Below are positions 62,355 through 64,000 of a stretch of DNA of 64,000 nucleotides, piece after piece (position 1 is the stretch's first letter; the number at the start of each line of letters is the position of its first letter). The translations under genes were made by a program, and so were the position numbers. The DNA comes from Botryllus schlosseri (lineage: Eukaryota): the NCBI GenBank assembly GCA_051294905.1, contig CM119384.1:1860001-1924000 (forward strand), written 5' to 3'. The notes below the pieces were generated by a model that did not search any database, was not told where the DNA came from, and saw only the letters and a program-made list of their open reading frames with translations.

Positions 62355-64000
62355 ATGGGATCAAAACGAGACGTGTCTCCTCCAGCACCGGTAAGTTATT
62401 TGACTCTAAGAGTATTACGGCTGGGCAGTGGGCATGGATTACGTAGAAAGCTCAAATATGTACATTTTATTTAACTACAAGTAATACATTGCCTGTTCCA
62501 CACCACATTAAATATTGTTTCGTATTATTCGACAATTCTTATTTCATCTCACATTGCGACAATACTCTGGGCTGACAACGTCACAAATATGTCATTTTCA
62601 CAAACGTGCCTAGCTTTGTACTACATGTTTCGTATTATTGCGTTAAGGCCAATCGAGGTTTCAAGGCCTCTACAGTGGAAATACTGCCGTAACTATACTT
62701 TTTTTATTGATGAATTAACTCTTAGTTAGGAGCACATAATCTTGATACTCAAAAAAAACATCTCACTGCTCTATGCGAACGATTAGAATTAATACTCGAT
62801 TTAAATTTGAGCGTACTCGGATCACTGTGCCAAGCCCTAGCTGCAATATTCACTGCTAAAACAAATTTATAAGCCGTCGATTTATGCAGTCACACTTATC
62901 CCTATTCCCTTTTGAAGGACAATTCCTCTTACATAACTCTTGAGCCAGTCCAATTATGACAATAATCTGCCTGTTACTCCATCCAGATCATATTGTTTGA
63001 AAATCAATATCCTAATACTTCCACTCTCATATTCATCTCATCGCTACAATATTTTACATTGGGGATATACTCTTTCTGTATTTCCACTTAAACATATTTC
63101 AACAGTACTGGTGCCTTTACTTGTACTATTTTACTATGCAACACAATTATTGCATGTGCAGTTGGGCACTGTATGTACCATATCTGTATTTGTTCACTGT
63201 AACTCAGAGTCAGGACCACCCTCTCTGAACTGAACTCCTAAAAACAGGCTGAAGGGCTGCTATGAATTTTTCTACCGCACCGTCAGAAATTGAGTATCCT
63301 CTCTATAACTGCAACCATCTCCATCTTTACGACTTCTTTCCTTTTATCGGATTTGTGGCATTTTTGTTTGCGACTTGCAATGCTGTCTTTGTTTTGCTTC
63401 CATTTTATTTTTGACTAATTGGTTCCCAATTTGTGTCAGATCAGTAGAATAGAAGGCTATCAGATATTGTTGTATGTTGTCATGGCTGACTAATCAGACC
63501 AGTAAAGCGAAATGTCGGTACCTAATCTAGTTTATGAAGTGTTCTGATCTAATATCTAGTTTTCCTGAAAATGTTATAGTAACTGAACTTGATTTTTGTT
63601 GCATTTCTGTTTGTTTTGGAATTTAATTTGATTAGAAGTTTCTGTCCAAAATCAGTAAATCTGATCTGGTTTTTAAAAATTGTATAGCTATAATTCTAAT
63701 TCTAATCAAATTTCAAAAAAGCTGAACATGTTTTAGCTGTCAAGCTCTACGTCATTGGGTGCTGTGCAGAGTTGAGCACAACTTATGCAGGCAGACTACC
63801 GTAAGATATGCCAATGTTTGTTGTACAATGTACATTCCAGCTTCGTTTCGGTGATCGTCCACACCGCGCTACATCCATATCCAGTTTGGCCTCGTCCAGT
63901 GTCGCGCCAACTAGCATCATGGGGGAGCTGACAGACGAATCGTTAAGCGAAGAAGATTTCGATGGAAATGAGGAAGCTGCCGACCGCAAGCAGGTCGACC
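62355..64000 (+). CDS. 5' part of an unidentified gene (exons 62355-62390 and 63841-beyond window end)
   Basis: ATG GGA...CCG|gtaagt (phase 0) joins ttccag|CTT: MGSKRDVSPPAP-LRFGDRPHRATSISSLASSSVAPTSIMGELTDESLSEEDFDGNEEAADRKQVD(C..). An acidic run ending VD(P?) faintly recalls the SH3BP5 family EEVDPRIQ, but this is too short to assign. Confidence 0.6.

Noticed and set aside
63791-63800. 10-nt exon candidate (gcag|GCAGACTACC|gtaag)
   Set aside because: It would shift the frame and leave a 40-nt intron, shorter than the smallest supported intron here (58 nt).

Overview
AT-rich, repeat-dense animal genomic DNA, probably an invertebrate chordate such as an ascidian (inferred from vertebrate-like proteins, compact introns and MITE load; not proven). 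From left to right: two tandem 3' halves of fibrinogen-related-domain (FReD) genes (+); a neuropathy target esterase / swiss cheese gene (PNPLA6/7, minus strand, 12.3-38.6 kb) that I assembled by hand into 33 phase-consistent coding exons (about 1418 aa); ACOT7 (-), with an upstream exon encoding a mitochondrial-type presequence; intronless ZMPSTE24 (-); a ~4.8 kb foldback-like element with minisatellite arms; intronless NEK11 (+); and the 5' start of an unidentified gene running off the window. The main finding is a duplicated 117-nt exon in PNPLA6/7 encoding the catalytic-Asp loop (DGCY versus DGGY). Neither copy is in the ORF track. The pair sits among sense-strand TGCATG (Rbfox) motifs and is a likely mutually exclusive exon switch of the active site. 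All coordinates were read by hand; repeat boundaries without a TSD are approximate.
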